DNA of 61,105 bases from Candidatus Melainabacteria bacterium GWF2_37_15. GTDB taxonomy: Bacteria; Cyanobacteriota; Vampirovibrionia; Gastranaerophilales; UBA9971. This document shows positions 1 through 10,500 of the stretch, piece by piece (the stretch's first letter is position 1; each line of letters starts with the position of its first letter). The notes under the pieces were generated by a model, which had not been told where the DNA came from, did no database searches, and was given only the letters and a program-made list of their open reading frames with translations. A program made the position numbers and the translations under genes. Where the stretch lies: NCBI GenBank assembly GCA_001784565.1, contig MFRL01000064.1:1-61105 (forward strand), in the 5' to 3' direction.

Positions 1-960
1 CCTGTAGCTGTAGTAGCTGTACCTGTTAAAGTAAGATTTTCAACATTTGCATCAAGTACGTAGTTAATGCTTGATTGTACTGTATCAATACCTTCATCTG
101 CGTTTTCATTTACTACATCACTTGCATTATCAACGATATATGTATCGTTACCAGCTCCGCCAATCATTACATCAGCGCCAGTTGCGCCATCAATGATGTT
201 ATTGTTAGCATTACCTGTAATGATGTTATCAAGTTCATTACCTGTAGCTGAAATAGCTAAGTTTGTTATTGTGAGGTTTTCAACGTTAGCGCCGAGGGTG
301 TAATCAACATTTGCTTGTACAGTATCTATTCCTGCATTTAAATCTTCAATAATTACATCACTTACATTATCAACAATGTAGGTATCGTTGCCTGCACCAC
401 CGATCATGGTGTCTGAACCCACTGCGCCATCAAGGATGTTATTTAAAGAATTGCCTGTGATAATGTTATCCAAAGCATTTCCTGTACCGGTGGTAGCTGA
501 ACCTGTTAACGTAAGGTTTTCAACATTAGCGCCAAGGGTAAGATTAATGCTGGATTGTACTGTATCAACGCCTTCGCCTGCAGCTTCAATTGCTACATCG
601 CCTGCATTATCAACAATGTAGGTATCATTACCAGCTCTACCTGTCATAGCATCAGCGCCAACTCCACCATCAAGGATGTTATCTAAAGAATTGCCTGCAA
701 TGATATTATTAAGTTCGTTTCCTGTAGCTGTAGTAGCTGTACCTGTTAAGGTAAGGTTTTCAACATTAGCGCCAAGGGTATAATTAATGCTTGATTGTAC
801 TGTATCATCACCTTCGTTAATATTTTCAATAACAACATCACCTGCATTATCAACGATATAAGTATCATCACCGGTAAGACCTGACATAGTATCAGCGCCA
901 AGTTTTCCGTCAATAATGTTATCTAAGGAATTACCAGTAAGTACATCATTACCATCTGTT
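1..960 (-). repeat. ~240-bp coding tandem repeat (80-aa units) of the RTX protein
   Basis: cctgtagctg/cctgtaccgg recurs at 1, 241, 481 and 721; ttttcaacattagcgcc-like blocks recur with the same period. Confidence 0.9.
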
Positions 961-1643
961 CCATTTATTTCCACAACTTCAACAGGTGGTGGTGGATCAT
1001 TATTTATTAAAGCTTCGATTTTTTTAATATTTAAAGAAGTACCATTAGAAAATTTAAAGTAATCAATTTTGTTAGACTGATTAATAAACCAATTTTTAAT
1101 TGTTACTTTATCAAGAAGTCCATTAAAAGAAACAACAAGATTGTTAGAATCCTGAGTAATTATAATATTACTAGTAGTATACATACTTGCAAATTTCAGT
1201 ACATTAGTGCCGCCAACTTCAACAACTTGGTCCTGTCCGCCTGAAAAATAATAAATATCATCGCCACGACCGCCAATTAGCGTATCGTTGCCAGCTCCGC
1301 CATTAAGATAATCATCGCCGTTACCGCCGTATAAAATATCATCGCCGTTTCCGCTGCAAAGAATATCATCACCATTATCACCGTGAAGGACGTCATTGCC
1401 ATCATCGGCTATTAATATATCTGTTCCGTTACCGCCGTAGAGTGTGTCGTTGCCGGCGCCTGCAAAAAGGATGTCATTTCCTTTTCCGCCATACAAAACA
1501 TCATCACCAGCTCCGCCGAAAAGAATATCGTTACCATTTCCGCCGTAAAGTGTGTCATCGCCGTCGCCACTGATTAAAATGTCTGTACCGTTACCACCGT
1601 CCAGAATGTCGTCGCCATTTGTACCAATTAAGATTTCTGCCAT
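1..1643 (-). CDS. RTX/hemolysin-type Ca2+-binding repeat protein (probable type I-secreted adhesin), 5' part; runs off the window
   Basis: Not in the ORF track. ATG at 1643 with an upstream AGAAGGGG RBS; open to position 1. Translation MAEILIGTNGDDILDGGNGTDILI... has 14 GGxGxDxLx-like nonapeptides, a DKVTIKNWF..IDYFKFSNG domain, then ~80-aa repeats (GNDTYIVDNAGDVV.E...G.DTVQSSINYTLGANVENLTLTG). Confidence 0.93.
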   Translation of the reverse strand, partial: MAEILIGTNGDDILDGGNGTDILISGDGDDTLYGGNGNDILFGGAGDDVLYGGKGNDILFAGAGNDTLYGGNGTDILIADDGNDVLHGDNGDDILCSGNGDDILYGGNGDDYLNGGAGNDTLIGGRGDDIYYFSGGQDQVVEVGGTNVLKFASMYTTSNIIITQDSNNLVVSFNGLLDKVTIKNWFINQSNKIDYFKFSNGTSLNIKKIEALINNDPPPPVEVVEINGTDGNDVLTGNSLDNIIDGKLGADTMSGLTGDDTYIVDNAGDVVIENINEGDDTVQSSINYTLGANVENLTLTGTATTATGNELNNIIAGNSLDNILDGGVGADAMTGRAGNDTYIVDNAGDVAIEAAGEGVDTVQSSINLTLGANVENLTLTGSATTGTGNALDNIITGNSLNNILDGAVGSDTMIGGAGNDTYIVDNVSDVIIEDLNAGIDTVQANVDYTLGANVENLTITNLAISATGNELDNIITGNANNNIIDGATGADVMIGGAGNDTYIVDNASDVVNENADEGIDTVQSSINYVLDANVENLTLTGTATTAT

Positions 1644-1755
1644 ACTGTGTCCCCTTCTATTTATATGTACCCGAACTTTTTATTTTACTTATTATGTTTT
1701 AATTTTAATAGTATTAATATATATATTTATAATAATAATTTACATTTCAGTGTAA

Positions 1756-2022
1756 TCATGGATATAAACATGGGGGATCCCAGCCTTCTACCCAAACTCC
1801 ACCCGCATTTTGACACTGTTCTTTATCTCCACCGGTTTCACCATCTCCATTGTCACCATTGGATATCTCTACAACTTCAGAATATCTTGTTACAGTAGCT
1901 TTAAAATTTTCCTGAATCAACTTACCTAAAACTGACAGACTGCCTATTGCAACTAACGATACCAGACTTAAAACTAACCCGGTTTCTACTAAAGATTGTC
2001 CTTTTTCTTTTCTATAATTCAT
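1756..2022 (-). CDS. Flp/TadE-like type IVb pilin
   Basis: KEKG|QSLVE prepilin cleavage motif followed by a hydrophobic helix; short Gly/acidic C-terminal tail with 2 Cys. Confidence 0.75.
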   Translation of the reverse strand: MNYRKEKGQSLVETGLVLSLVSLVAIGSLSVLGKLIQENFKATVTRYSEVVEISNGDNGDGETGGDKEQCQNAGGVWVEGWDPPCLYP

Positions 2023-2133
2023 AAAAAGCAGTTTCCTAAGTTGTATATTATATCATATCGTATATAATAGTTGAAGCGAAATATTAAAAAAGTATTAAGA
2101 AAAAATGTTCACATATAATTAAAGTAAATTATT

Positions 2134-4176
2134 ATGAAAAAATTGCTAAATTTTAAAAAATTTATTTTTTTATTTGTAGTTTTTGTTACACTGTCTATTA
2201 CTTATATCGTGACACATTATTTATTAAATGGAATGGTAAATAATGTAGAAATGACATTGTATGATCACCTGGCGAGGTTGTCTGCTGATAATATGCTGGC
2301 GCTTAATGAACAAAGCAAAGCAAGTGATGACATAGTTATATTAGCTATTGATAATGATTCCCAAAAATTAGAAAAAGACTTAAATATTGGAAGATGGCCC
2401 TGGCCAAGAAGTGTTTGGAGTGATGTTATTGATTTTGTTAGCAAAGGCGCACCCAAATGTATTGTCTTTGATATCAGATTTGAAGGAAAAGAAGGGAATA
2501 GTAGTGATAATATTAAATCTGATACTAAATTTGCTAATGCTATAAAAAATCATAAAAAAAATATTATTCTGGCTTTTTTATTGAGAAAGCAAAAAATATT
2601 TAGTGACAATAAATATATAGATTTTATACCTCTACGTCATGATTTAATTTTAAAGATTGAAGATTCAGATTTATATAAATCAAAAGATTATAAAAACAAA
2701 ATTTTAGACTACATTACTTATTTAGATTATCATCCACTTTGGGATGAATTCATTGAAAATACCAAATATATTGGTGCTACAAACCAGGTACAAAGCAATA
2801 ATGACAGTATAATAAGGTCACATAGGCCTTTATATACTTTAGCTAATTCGAAAGTAGCGGCGTATGTGCCATCATTGCCTTTAGCTGCAGTGTTAGCTGT
2901 ATTGCCAGATGAGGAGAAAAAACCGTTTAAATTAATGCATGATCGGATAATTCTTGGCAAAAGAGTCATTCAGCTAGACAATGAAGGTAAATTTTTTATT
3001 AACTGGCACGGCGAACATAGTAAGCACAACACATACAAGTTTATACCTATTTCAAAGGTGCTGGATAAGTCGCAAAGAATATTGCCTGATGAATTTAAAA
3101 ATAAAATTGTTGTTATCGGAAGAACTCAAAATGGATCAGATATTCATGCAACTTCTATGGCTATGAATTACGTTGGGCCTGAAATTATGGCTACGTGTAT
3201 TGATAATATTTTAAATGATACTGATACAACGAATAAATTTAGAAGAAAATTTATAACCAAAGCCGGTCTTATTTCTCAGAGTTTAATTATTCTTTTGTTT
3301 TGTTTAGTAACAGGTTTATTTATTCGCAAGGCGAGCTCCAATTTTTACAGCTTTATCTGGTTAGTATTTATTGTGCTGGCATATATGCTGGCTGCAGTGG
3401 CAAGTTTTGCTTTTTTGAGATACTGGATAAGCATTGTTTATCCGCTAATTTTTATAATTTCTACTGCAATGACAGTGTACTTGTATAAACTTCACATTTC
3501 AAATAAGCAAAAAAATGAGATTAAAGAGTTGTTTGGCAGGTTTGTATCGCCTCAAGTACTTGATAAATTATTATTAGACCCTTCAGTTATATCAAAAGAA
3601 GGTGATAGAAAAGTTCTTACTGTTTTATTCTCAGATATTAGAGGATTTACTACATTATCAGAACATTTGCCTGCTAATGAATTACTCTCTCAATTAAATG
3701 AGTATTTTAATGAAGTTTATGAAGTTGTAATAAAACATGGGGGCACTTTCGATAAATATATTGGTGATGCTGTCATGGCTTTTTATGGCGATCCGCTGCC
3801 GGTTGAAAATCACGCACTCCAGGCTGTTTTAACTGCTATAGATATGATAAAACTTCTTGAAAAATTAAATGAACGTTGGAAAAGTGAGAACAGGCAGGAA
3901 TTAAATATAGGGATCGGGATCAACACCGGGGAAATGATTGTGGGGCCGGTAGGAGCCAGAAAAATGGTCAGCTACACAGTTATGGGGGATAGTGTAAATA
4001 CTGCATCCAGGCTAGAAAGTTTAAACAAGGAGTATAAAACTAACATTATAATAAGCCATTCAACTTACGAGCAGGTTAAGGATTATGTTGAAACAGAGTA
4101 TCTTGGGGAAGTTATGGTTAAGGGTAAGCAAGTTGCTATAAATATATATAAAGTAACTGGTTCTAAACTTTTGTAA
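2134..4176 (+). CDS. CHASE2-domain adenylate/guanylate cyclase (class III)
   Basis: CHASE2 motifs (IVILAID, GRWPWPR, IVFDI, KIVVIG), 3 TM helices, cyclase motifs LFSDIRGFT, DKYIGDAVMA, IGIGINTG, GDSVNTASRLE. Confidence 0.95.
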   Translation: MKKLLNFKKFIFLFVVFVTLSITYIVTHYLLNGMVNNVEMTLYDHLARLSADNMLALNEQSKASDDIVILAIDNDSQKLEKDLNIGRWPWPRSVWSDVIDFVSKGAPKCIVFDIRFEGKEGNSSDNIKSDTKFANAIKNHKKNIILAFLLRKQKIFSDNKYIDFIPLRHDLILKIEDSDLYKSKDYKNKILDYITYLDYHPLWDEFIENTKYIGATNQVQSNNDSIIRSHRPLYTLANSKVAAYVPSLPLAAVLAVLPDEEKKPFKLMHDRIILGKRVIQLDNEGKFFINWHGEHSKHNTYKFIPISKVLDKSQRILPDEFKNKIVVIGRTQNGSDIHATSMAMNYVGPEIMATCIDNILNDTDTTNKFRRKFITKAGLISQSLIILLFCLVTGLFIRKASSNFYSFIWLVFIVLAYMLAAVASFAFLRYWISIVYPLIFIISTAMTVYLYKLHISNKQKNEIKELFGRFVSPQVLDKLLLDPSVISKEGDRKVLTVLFSDIRGFTTLSEHLPANELLSQLNEYFNEVYEVVIKHGGTFDKYIGDAVMAFYGDPLPVENHALQAVLTAIDMIKLLEKLNERWKSENRQELNIGIGINTGEMIVGPVGARKMVSYTVMGDSVNTASRLESLNKEYKTNIIISHSTYEQVKDYVETEYLGEVMVKGKQVAINIYKVTGSKLL

Positions 4177-4248
4177 ATTTTTTCATTTATACTGTTAACA
4201 TTTTTTTTCAGTAGCTTTATATATGTGAGGCTACTAAAGGAGTAGAAA

Positions 4249-5247
4249 ATGTTACAATTTACTACACAATACATACCATTAAGACTACCTGTAAAGCAAA
4301 GCGTAAATTTTGGGATGGCTTTTGCCGATCCAATTAGTTGTTATGAGCCAATAAAGAGTAACTGTACTCTAACAGAGCCTATAATGGATTCAATGAAAGA
4401 TCAAAGAGTAGGTCACAATGTTATAGCTCCAGAGCCTATTGAAGCCAAAACATTTACTGCTGGAAACAATTTTCATGGGCAAAGTATAATGTCTGAAACT
4501 ATCACTATGGGCAATGATGCTTACATAAGTAATTTTATTTCCGCAGATACAGTTGATTTAAAAGATAACGCTACTATTATGGGCGAGGTTACAGTATCCA
4601 GAGGTTTAACAGCAGGACATAAATTCACCGCCGAATATGTTGAAGCTAATACAGTTAATTTAAAAGATGGTGCTGATATTGCTAATGGAGTTTTCGCAAC
4701 AGGATTGATTACAATAGATAATGGATTGCATGCTGGATATCTTGAAGCATATAAAGTACATTTAAAAGATAATGCCGTTATTGAGCGTGATGCTGCAGCA
4801 TGTAGAGAGTTTATAGCAGGTAATAATACTGAAATATACGGATCGGTTAAAGGACATACAGTTAAGTTAGGAGATAATGCTAATATTACGCGTAATGTTG
4901 AAGCTGATAAATGGGTAAAAATTGGGAATCATTTACAGGCAGATTCCATCATTTCTAGCGGTGACGTTTCTCTGGGAAGTATAGATAAATTAAACAAAAT
5001 TTGTTTTGATGAAAACAAAAATACAAGTCCGGATAGAAAATTAATACTTAACAGTGAAGATATAAAACCTGAGAAGAAGATAGAAGTACATTTAGGAGAT
5101 ATTTATTCTCTTGAGATACAAACTCCAACAGGAAATCCAGAGATTCTTAATAAATTTGAATTTATAGATAAATCTACAGGAAATCCAATAACCGACGACC
5201 AACGCAAAGCTATTAAGGTTACCAGGATACCTGAAGCTTCTTGTTAA
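4249..5247 (+). CDS. Hypothetical beta-helix repeat protein (bactofilin/polymer-forming-like)
   Basis: Repeats of V.LKD.A.I...V at ~33-aa period; AAGGAG RBS; N-terminal SVNFG motif; no signal peptide. Confidence 0.6.
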   Translation: MLQFTTQYIPLRLPVKQSVNFGMAFADPISCYEPIKSNCTLTEPIMDSMKDQRVGHNVIAPEPIEAKTFTAGNNFHGQSIMSETITMGNDAYISNFISADTVDLKDNATIMGEVTVSRGLTAGHKFTAEYVEANTVNLKDGADIANGVFATGLITIDNGLHAGYLEAYKVHLKDNAVIERDAAACREFIAGNNTEIYGSVKGHTVKLGDNANITRNVEADKWVKIGNHLQADSIISSGDVSLGSIDKLNKICFDENKNTSPDRKLILNSEDIKPEKKIEVHLGDIYSLEIQTPTGNPEILNKFEFIDKSTGNPITDDQRKAIKVTRIPEASC

Positions 5248-5277
5248 TAATTTCTTAAATATTAATATTTTTTTAAC

Positions 5278-5306
5278 AATTGACGGCGAAACACCCGTCA
5301 ATTTTT
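5278..5306 (+). terminator. Intrinsic terminator
   Basis: AATTGACGG-cgaaacac-CCGTCAATT hairpin followed by a T-run, downstream of 4249..5247. Confidence 0.7.
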
Positions 5307-5375
5307 AATATATAAATTTTTTTATATAAATATATTAAATTTATATAAAGACTAGATAATAGAGGAGTATAAAAT

Positions 5376-7055
5376 ATGAGTCAAGTAAATTCCAGTAGTT
5401 TAACACAAATTACACAATCGTTAGCAAATTTAGCATCACTTGTTTCAGGTTCAGACTCGGCGAAAAGTACATCAACTAAGACAAGTACTGGAACTGATTC
5501 AATATTCAAGCAGTCATCAACAAATTCATTAGCAGATTCTCTTTTAGGAATTTCTAATACAGGCAGTGCATCAACATCAACTAACGCTCTGACAAGTTTA
5601 CTTACTATGGCATTTGGTCTTATATCCGCATTTAGTGGAATAACTGGTAACAATACAGCAATGAATTCTAACCCATTTGCCAGTATGTTAGGTAATACAG
5701 GCTTAGGTACCGGACTTAATACAGGCGGTATGATGGGTGGAATGACAGGAATGACAGGCATGGGCGGAATGGGTACCGGATTAAATACCGGATTAAATGC
5801 AGGCCTTAATACAGGCGGCCTGGCAACTCTTGCTAATTCTGCAGCAGCATCATCAAATCCTTACCTAACACAGGTAGCTGCAAACCTCGGCGCTCTTCCA
5901 ACTAATACATCGCCAATGGGAAATACATTAGCAGCAATGACAAATAGCGGTACATTAAGTAATACAAGTAGTGCTATAAATAGTTTGCCAGTAGGTAGTG
6001 CATTTGGTACTTATAACCTTATGTTACCCGGCGGAAGTGTAGGCCTCGGTAGTTTAGCCGGATCAGCCAGCTTAGGCACAGGTGGATTATTAACTGGTAG
6101 TAGTGTACCGTCCGTTTCAAGTGGCATTCTGGCACAACCTGATACAGGTAATGGTGTAGCTGGCGTCGATAGCTTAATAGGCAAGTATTCAACATTCTTA
6201 TACGGTGGTGCATCAGGAGTCGGAACACCAGTCGATACTGGAAGCTCAGATAGCTCAGGTAAATCAGCAGGCGCCGGTACTAAAGCAGAAACTGAAACAA
6301 AAGTAGACACTATTAAAAATGTTGTAAAAACTACAGAATCCGAACCTGCAGCAACAGCAGCACCTGTTAAAGATACAAAAGCTGAAACTCAGGCAGAAAC
6401 AATAAAACAGGATGAAGTAATTGCAGATGCACAAGCTAAAGTTGAAGCTGCAAAAGCTGAAATAGCTGAAACACCAAAAGCTGAAGTCCCAGAAACACCA
6501 GCAACTGCAACCGCTGCAGCACCAGCAGTTGCAGCACCAGAAGCCCCACCAGCTGCAGCTCCAGAAGCTCCAAAAACCGAAACAGAAGCATTAATTGAGA
6601 AATATACAAATACTATAGCTGAAGCAAAGGATCAAAAGGCTGAAACTGCAGCTGCTGAAGTACCAGCAGCACCAGCAGCACCTGCAGAACCTACAGAAGC
6701 CACTGAAACTACAAAAACTGAAGAAACTCAGGTAACCACTGAAACTACAAAACCTGCAGAAGAAGGAACAGAAGCAGCAAGTTCAGATGTGCCTGAAGAA
6801 AAAGTAGAAACAACTGAAGAAACCACAACAAGTGAAGAAACTGTAAAAACAGCAGACGCTGGACAACCTGGAGAGGCTATAGCAGCACAAGTATCTACAG
6901 ATGCAGCAAGCGCTACAGCTAGCGCACCAGCTGGCGAAGCTGCCCCGGCTGAAGGTGAACATAAAGCAGAAGGTGAAGCAGCACCAGATGAAGGAGCACC
7001 AGCAGCAGAAGCAGAAAAAGCACCAGCACCTGAAGCGCCTCCTGCACAAGCATAA
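5376..7055 (+). CDS. Low-complexity, Cys-free protein; Gly/Ser/Met-rich N-half (harpin-like composition), Ala/Glu/Pro/Thr-rich acidic C-half
   Basis: 559-aa ORF with GAGGAG RBS; GTGLNTG/GMTGM repeats; downstream terminator. Confidence 0.8.
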   Translation: MSQVNSSSLTQITQSLANLASLVSGSDSAKSTSTKTSTGTDSIFKQSSTNSLADSLLGISNTGSASTSTNALTSLLTMAFGLISAFSGITGNNTAMNSNPFASMLGNTGLGTGLNTGGMMGGMTGMTGMGGMGTGLNTGLNAGLNTGGLATLANSAAASSNPYLTQVAANLGALPTNTSPMGNTLAAMTNSGTLSNTSSAINSLPVGSAFGTYNLMLPGGSVGLGSLAGSASLGTGGLLTGSSVPSVSSGILAQPDTGNGVAGVDSLIGKYSTFLYGGASGVGTPVDTGSSDSSGKSAGAGTKAETETKVDTIKNVVKTTESEPAATAAPVKDTKAETQAETIKQDEVIADAQAKVEAAKAEIAETPKAEVPETPATATAAAPAVAAPEAPPAAAPEAPKTETEALIEKYTNTIAEAKDQKAETAAAEVPAAPAAPAEPTEATETTKTEETQVTTETTKPAEEGTEAASSDVPEEKVETTEETTTSEETVKTADAGQPGEAIAAQVSTDAASATASAPAGEAAPAEGEHKAEGEAAPDEGAPAAEAEKAPAPEAPPAQA

Positions 7056-7077
7056 TTTTTAAAGAATAGAGCAACGC

Positions 7078-7105
7078 TGGTCGGTGTTAACCGGCCAGTT
7101 TTGTT
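7078..7105 (+). terminator. Intrinsic terminator
   Basis: CTGGTCGG-tgttaa-CCGGCCAG hairpin followed by TTTTGTT. Confidence 0.7.
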
Positions 7106-7184
7106 ATAGGATAAACTTTACTTTTGTATACTTTTTGTATTATATAGAATATAAAAGATAGCAGTGAATTAAGGATATAATGTT

Positions 7185-7487
7185 ATGAGTAATATAAAAA
7201 GTTTCGCAGAAAGAAGCAGAGATTTTGAAGAGGCACATCATTCTTGCAGGGAACTCATGGCAGCGCCTCTTAATAAGATTGAAAATTATGTAACAAAATG
7301 GCTCATAGCGGCAATAGGTGCTGTTATACTTATACAGGCAGTAGGTTTTACGTATTTATATTATGAATTAATGCATCTCAGAAAAAAGGTTGATCACAGG
7401 TATTTCCTTATTGAAGAAAGCCTTGAGGATATTCATCATGTCAAGATTGAGAATGGGAAAGTAGTAAGGAATTACACAAAAGAATAA
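7185..7487 (+). CDS. Small single-pass membrane protein, unknown function
   Basis: 100 aa with one hydrophobic segment (WLIAAIGAVILIQAVGFTYLYY); AAGGA RBS. Confidence 0.7.
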   Translation: MSNIKSFAERSRDFEEAHHSCRELMAAPLNKIENYVTKWLIAAIGAVILIQAVGFTYLYYELMHLRKKVDHRYFLIEESLEDIHHVKIENGKVVRNYTKE

Positions 7488-7517
7488 TTTAAAATATAAA
7501 GTTTTGTTAAGAAAATT

Positions 7518-7544
7518 GCAGGTTTTCCCTGAGATTGTCGATAT
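7518..7544 (+). promoter_or_regulatory. Putative sigma28 (FliA-type) promoter of the giant EF-hand gene
   Basis: GCAGGTTT-N11-GTCGATAT versus consensus TAAAGTTT-N11-GCCGATAA; 36 nt upstream of ATG 7581. Confidence 0.55.
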
Positions 7545-7580
7545 ATTTTATTAAGTATCGTCAGTTTCAAGGGGAATAAA

Positions 7581-10500
7581 ATGGGTCTTCCAATTAATTT
7601 TCTCAACATCTTAAATCTGTATAATATTCGGGACTTTAGCGAATTCAGCGGGACCGATGCGTATACGATTGATGATAACGTAAGTATTTTCTTTAGTTCA
7701 CTGGAAAATGTTGCTGGCAACCCGGTGGATGGCCAGATTTCCCTTGCTGAATATAACAAGTTTTTAAAGCTTGTAAATTTACCTTCTTACATGAGTAATG
7801 GCTTTTTTAATACATTTGATGCCAACGATGACGGGATAATAACAAATGAAGAGTTTAGTAATGGGTTGAGTTCATTTGACTCAAATAATAATGATACACT
7901 CGATTGGAATGAGGGAATAAACATTTATAATTCATTTTCAAATGCGGACATCCCATCTGATATAACCTTTACTCAGTATTCTAATTTTCTTTCAACTTCC
8001 CAGGGTGCGATTAATTTTTACGATAAAAACGCTGATGGGAAGATAGATTCTTCTGAATACACCACAATCCTTAAAAATATGGGATTAGACGATAGCGGCG
8101 CTACTGCCGGAAATTTAATTGATTTATATGACAGGGATAATGATAATGCCATAAATTTTGAAGAATTTTTCCTGCAGAATTTACAATGGGATACAAACGA
8201 GGATGGCGTTATTGAATTTGATGAAGGAGAAGCTGGAGAGCTTATAAATAACCTGCCATGGTATTTACGTCCCTCAGATAGCTTTACTGCAATCCAGAAA
8301 ATGGTTTCTTCCTTAATTAAATCTTATGACAAAGATGCAAATAAAGAACTCAGTCGCGATGAGTTTATGAATTATATGGTAAAAACAGCCTATTTCCCTA
8401 AGAGTATGGCAGAAGAAATATGGTCAGCTCATAGCAGTGGCGATTCACTATCTTTTGATAGCCTCGTATCGCTATATGAAGGTTTTGATTCAAATAACGA
8501 TGATGAAATGAAATATGGCGAGCTTATATCATTTATAAACTCATTTTCAAATATACAGATTGACAGTGCTGCGATTTCCGAAACACAGTATACCGGGTTA
8601 TATAAACTGGGCGCTCAAGCTATAAAAGGTTATGATGGTGATGGAGATGGCGAAATAAGTGTAGATGAATACCGGGCAGCAATAAAACAGGCTGAAACCT
8701 CATATAAAAATGCAGGAAAAGAATTACCTGAAGGTTTTGGCCAGCACATGGCTGAAAATTTTGTAAGACTGTTTGATATGGATAAAACTGGCACAGTCAG
8801 TATCTTAGAAATCATAAATCAGTACGCATTATCGGATTCAAACAAGGATGGAGCTGTTTCCAGCGGGGAATTCCTCAATATGCAGGAAAGAATTGAAGAT
8901 AAAACCCTATGGAATAACGTTAATGAAGAATTCATCACTAACGGAGATAAAGATTACGACAAAGCATTGAGTTTGACAGAACTCCAGAATGTACTCGTAA
9001 CAAAAGGATTACCAAAATATATTGCGGAGAATGCTTTTACACTATTTGATTCAAACCAGGACGCTAAATTAAGCCGTCTTGAACTTATGGAAGCTTTCTC
9101 CCGATATGACAACAGCACAGTCAATACAGATTATATAGAAGGTGAAACAGGCGAAGATTACACGCTGTACACCGGTAATTCCAATCAGGTACTGGATGCG
9201 GACGAAAAACTTGCTATGTATGAAGATCTTTCAGGTATAGCATACACACCAGACCCGGCAAAAAGAGCCCAATATGAAAAAATATTAGCTTCTTCCCAGG
9301 AACTTATCAAAAATTATGATATGTATAAAGATGGCGTGTTAAGCGCTGATGAATATAAGAAACATTTTAAAGCTATCGGATTACCTGACTATTTGGCTGA
9401 TGCTATTATTTCCGCTCATGATGTAAGTGGTGATGGCAGCTTTGACCTTCTTGAAAACTTAAAATTAATGCTTGATTACGACTTGAACCAGAACGGAACT
9501 CTGGAATTTAATGAAGAATTTACTTTATACGATAATTTAACCGGGGTAGGTTTAAATATTACCGAAGAAAACAAGCTTCAATACTCCAAGCTCTATACTA
9601 CAGTTAAAAATTTCCTATCAGCTTCTGATATAAGCAGTAACCAGGTTCTTAACAGGGACGGATCACTCCAAATAGATGAGCTGGCAAAGTATTTCATAAG
9701 TAAAGGCCTTCCTCAAGATTATGCGGATATGGCGCTTGCAGCTTATGATGTAAATACTGACGGCGGATTGGATATCCTTGAATGGATGAAGGCATACGCT
9801 GAATTCGATGTTGATGGTGATGGAAATATCGGAGAAAGTGAAGAACTGGCATTTTTTGACCATATAGCAGGGACTGACTTGTCGGGCATAACTGACTCCC
9901 AAATGTATGCAAAAATAGAAGATGCCGCAAGCTTACTTATACAAACTTATGACAAAAGTGATAATAACAAAAAACTAAGTGAAGCAGAGTTAATAGAAAG
10001 AATGAAATCGCTTGGTTTGCCTGATTATATAGCAGGCGAAGCACTCGAGGCTTTTGATCTTAATGCTGACGGTGGAGTGGACAAGCTGGAATGGATGAAA
10101 GCATATACTGGTGTTGACCATAACCAAAACGGTGTTCTTGAATTCAACGAAGAACTTGAATTATACAGCAATCTGTCTTCCTCTGGCTTAATCTCTGCTT
10201 CAGCCGATGATCTAAAACAGTATTCAACAATTTATAATTCCTTAAAAAAATTCATGACTCTAAGAGATGATACAACTGACAGAATCTTAAATGCAGACGA
10301 ATTAAAAGATTACTTTACCCAGCTTGAACTCCCTGAATATATGGCCACAGAGGCAGTTAAACTTTATGACAAAAACGGTGACAACGGACTGGATATTTAT
10401 GAATGGATGCTGCCAAATATAGAGTTTGATATTAACAAGAACGGAATTCTCGAATTTAATGAAGTAATGGGTATGAATGGTGTGATTGCAGACCCGGATC

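Noticed and set aside
67-621. Plus-strand ORFs 67..303 and 388..621
   Set aside because: Antisense shadows of the RTX repeat gene.
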